From the NCBI GenBank assembly GCA_010093705.1, contig MU006096.1, positions 828,004 through 892,003 on the forward strand: 64,000 bases of DNA, read 5' to 3'. A program made the position numbers and the translations under genes. Positions 62,806 through 64,000 of the stretch are shown here, piece by piece (within the stretch, counting starts at the first letter, position 1; every line of letters begins with the position of its first letter). Origin of the DNA: Patellaria atrata CBS 101060. Lineage: Eukaryota. The notes beneath the pieces were generated by a model that ran no database searches, had not been told where the DNA came from, and was given only the letters and a program-made list of their open reading frames with translations.

Positions 62806-63191
62806 GATGATATGTGTGGATTAATTGGTGGATGTGGTAATGCGAAGCCACCGGCTTTGAAGTATGGATATTATCCTGTTGAAGATGGGGACTGAGCTGC
62901 TGTACTCGCAGATAGAGTATCATTTTAAAGTAAGGGGAAGACGGGGAGTTATCGGGAACTCAGGGCATCATTTCCCAAGTTTCGAGGATTTTGATCGATT
63001 GCTTTCTGATTTCACCAACTCATTGAGTCATTTCGCAAACATAATACTTTGATCGAAATGTGTAAGATCCCCATCGTTCCCACGACAGCAATTGGACAGT
63101 GCTGGTTAAACGGGAGCAAAATCTCCAGATTGGCATGTCTTCCGTTGGCCTATGGGTCTAATGCAAATTCCACGTATCGAAGTTCGTATTT

Positions 63192-63875
63192 TCAGTCCTC
63201 GTCAGCATAATCCTCCATATCATCATCTTCATCGTCTTCGTCGTCAAGGTCATCGTCATCATCATCATCATCAATCCGCTCCATGGTCACTGGAACACCC
63301 AAATCCTCTCCAACTTCTTCGACCTCGGCTATGCCCTCCTCCCCGAACTTCTTCCCTACCACCTTCAATCTCTCATCTTCTTCTTTTGCTTGCCTAATAA
63401 TCTTCCTCGCTCTTGCAATAGCCTCTTCCTCAACCTTCTTAATTGTGCCTGACACCCTAATAACTCTGATTACACACGGCGTATCAATAGGCTTCGGTAG
63501 CTTCGTCATGAACGACAAAGCGGCCCAAACAAGCCGGTAGTGTTGTCGCGAAATGCGTATAATAGCGGTCGACGTGGCAGTAGAAAGATAAACGACTGTT
63601 CAACTATCAACATCTGTGACGAATTTAAGGGGATAGCTTGATGTACTTTTTAGCCCTGATGCTATCATTCCGGCACCCCAATCACCAAATAGATAGGCGA
63701 CATCATCCTCAATCGCTCTCCTGAGTATATGCGGAGTCAGTCTGTCAGGTGTAGGACGGTGGAATTGGATCACAGCTGGGACAGCTTCATCGGCAGTGGA
63801 TTGCGGGAGCTTCGCATTGGGCTTTTCAGGGTAGAGGATATTGCAAAGGAGGTATCGGTGCTTGATGCGGACCAT
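63192..63875 (-). CDS. POP5: RNase P/MRP subunit Pop5 (Rpp14/Pop5 family)
   Basis: MVRIKHRYLL, LFGDWGAG, VYLSTATSTAIIRISRQHYRLVWAAL, VIRVSGTIKKVE; intron 63646-63596; acidic tail. Confidence 0.95.
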
Positions 63876-64000
63876 TTTTACTCATCTCGGTTTAAGGAAC
63901 CTCAAAAACTCTTGGAATGCTTCCTGTCGTTGAAGAATTATAGCTGTCGCGTACAGAAGCATAAACGCGAAGTACGAAGAGAGAGAGTACGAAAACATTG

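Noticed and set aside
9230..63875. Apparent telomere/RNA-processing theme (TER candidate, Clr2, Tti2, CCA1, RAD18, POP5)
   Set aside because: Housekeeping genes scattered among unrelated ones; no evidence of a functional cluster.

Overview
Eukaryotic DNA from a filamentous ascomycete (Pezizomycotina). It has short GT-AG introns with CTAAC/CTGAC branch points and one 100-N assembly gap (38650-38749). Conserved genes: Clr2-like silencing factor, GMF/Aim7, CinA/MoCF-like protein, Ras1/RasA, CHMP7, Trs85, CCA1, RAD18, a bZIP factor, POP5 and several conserved hypotheticals. These alternate with accessory islands (about 1-6.5 kb, 12.6-19.2 kb, 58.5-62 kb) of decayed genes and solo LTRs. Main observations: (1) a ~2.1 kb protein-free, highly structured + strand region (about 9230-11315) laid out like a Pezizomycotina telomerase RNA; (2) CCA-adding enzyme read in frame into a Tti2-like domain; (3) a 1179-aa orphan with two tandem Ulp1/CE-clan-like protease domains, one apparently dead; (4) a HET protein with a hydrophobic N-terminus and a degenerate core motif; (5) two solo LTRs forming a long inverted repeat. 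All family assignments come from motifs recognised by eye, not database searches. RNA pairings were found by hand.
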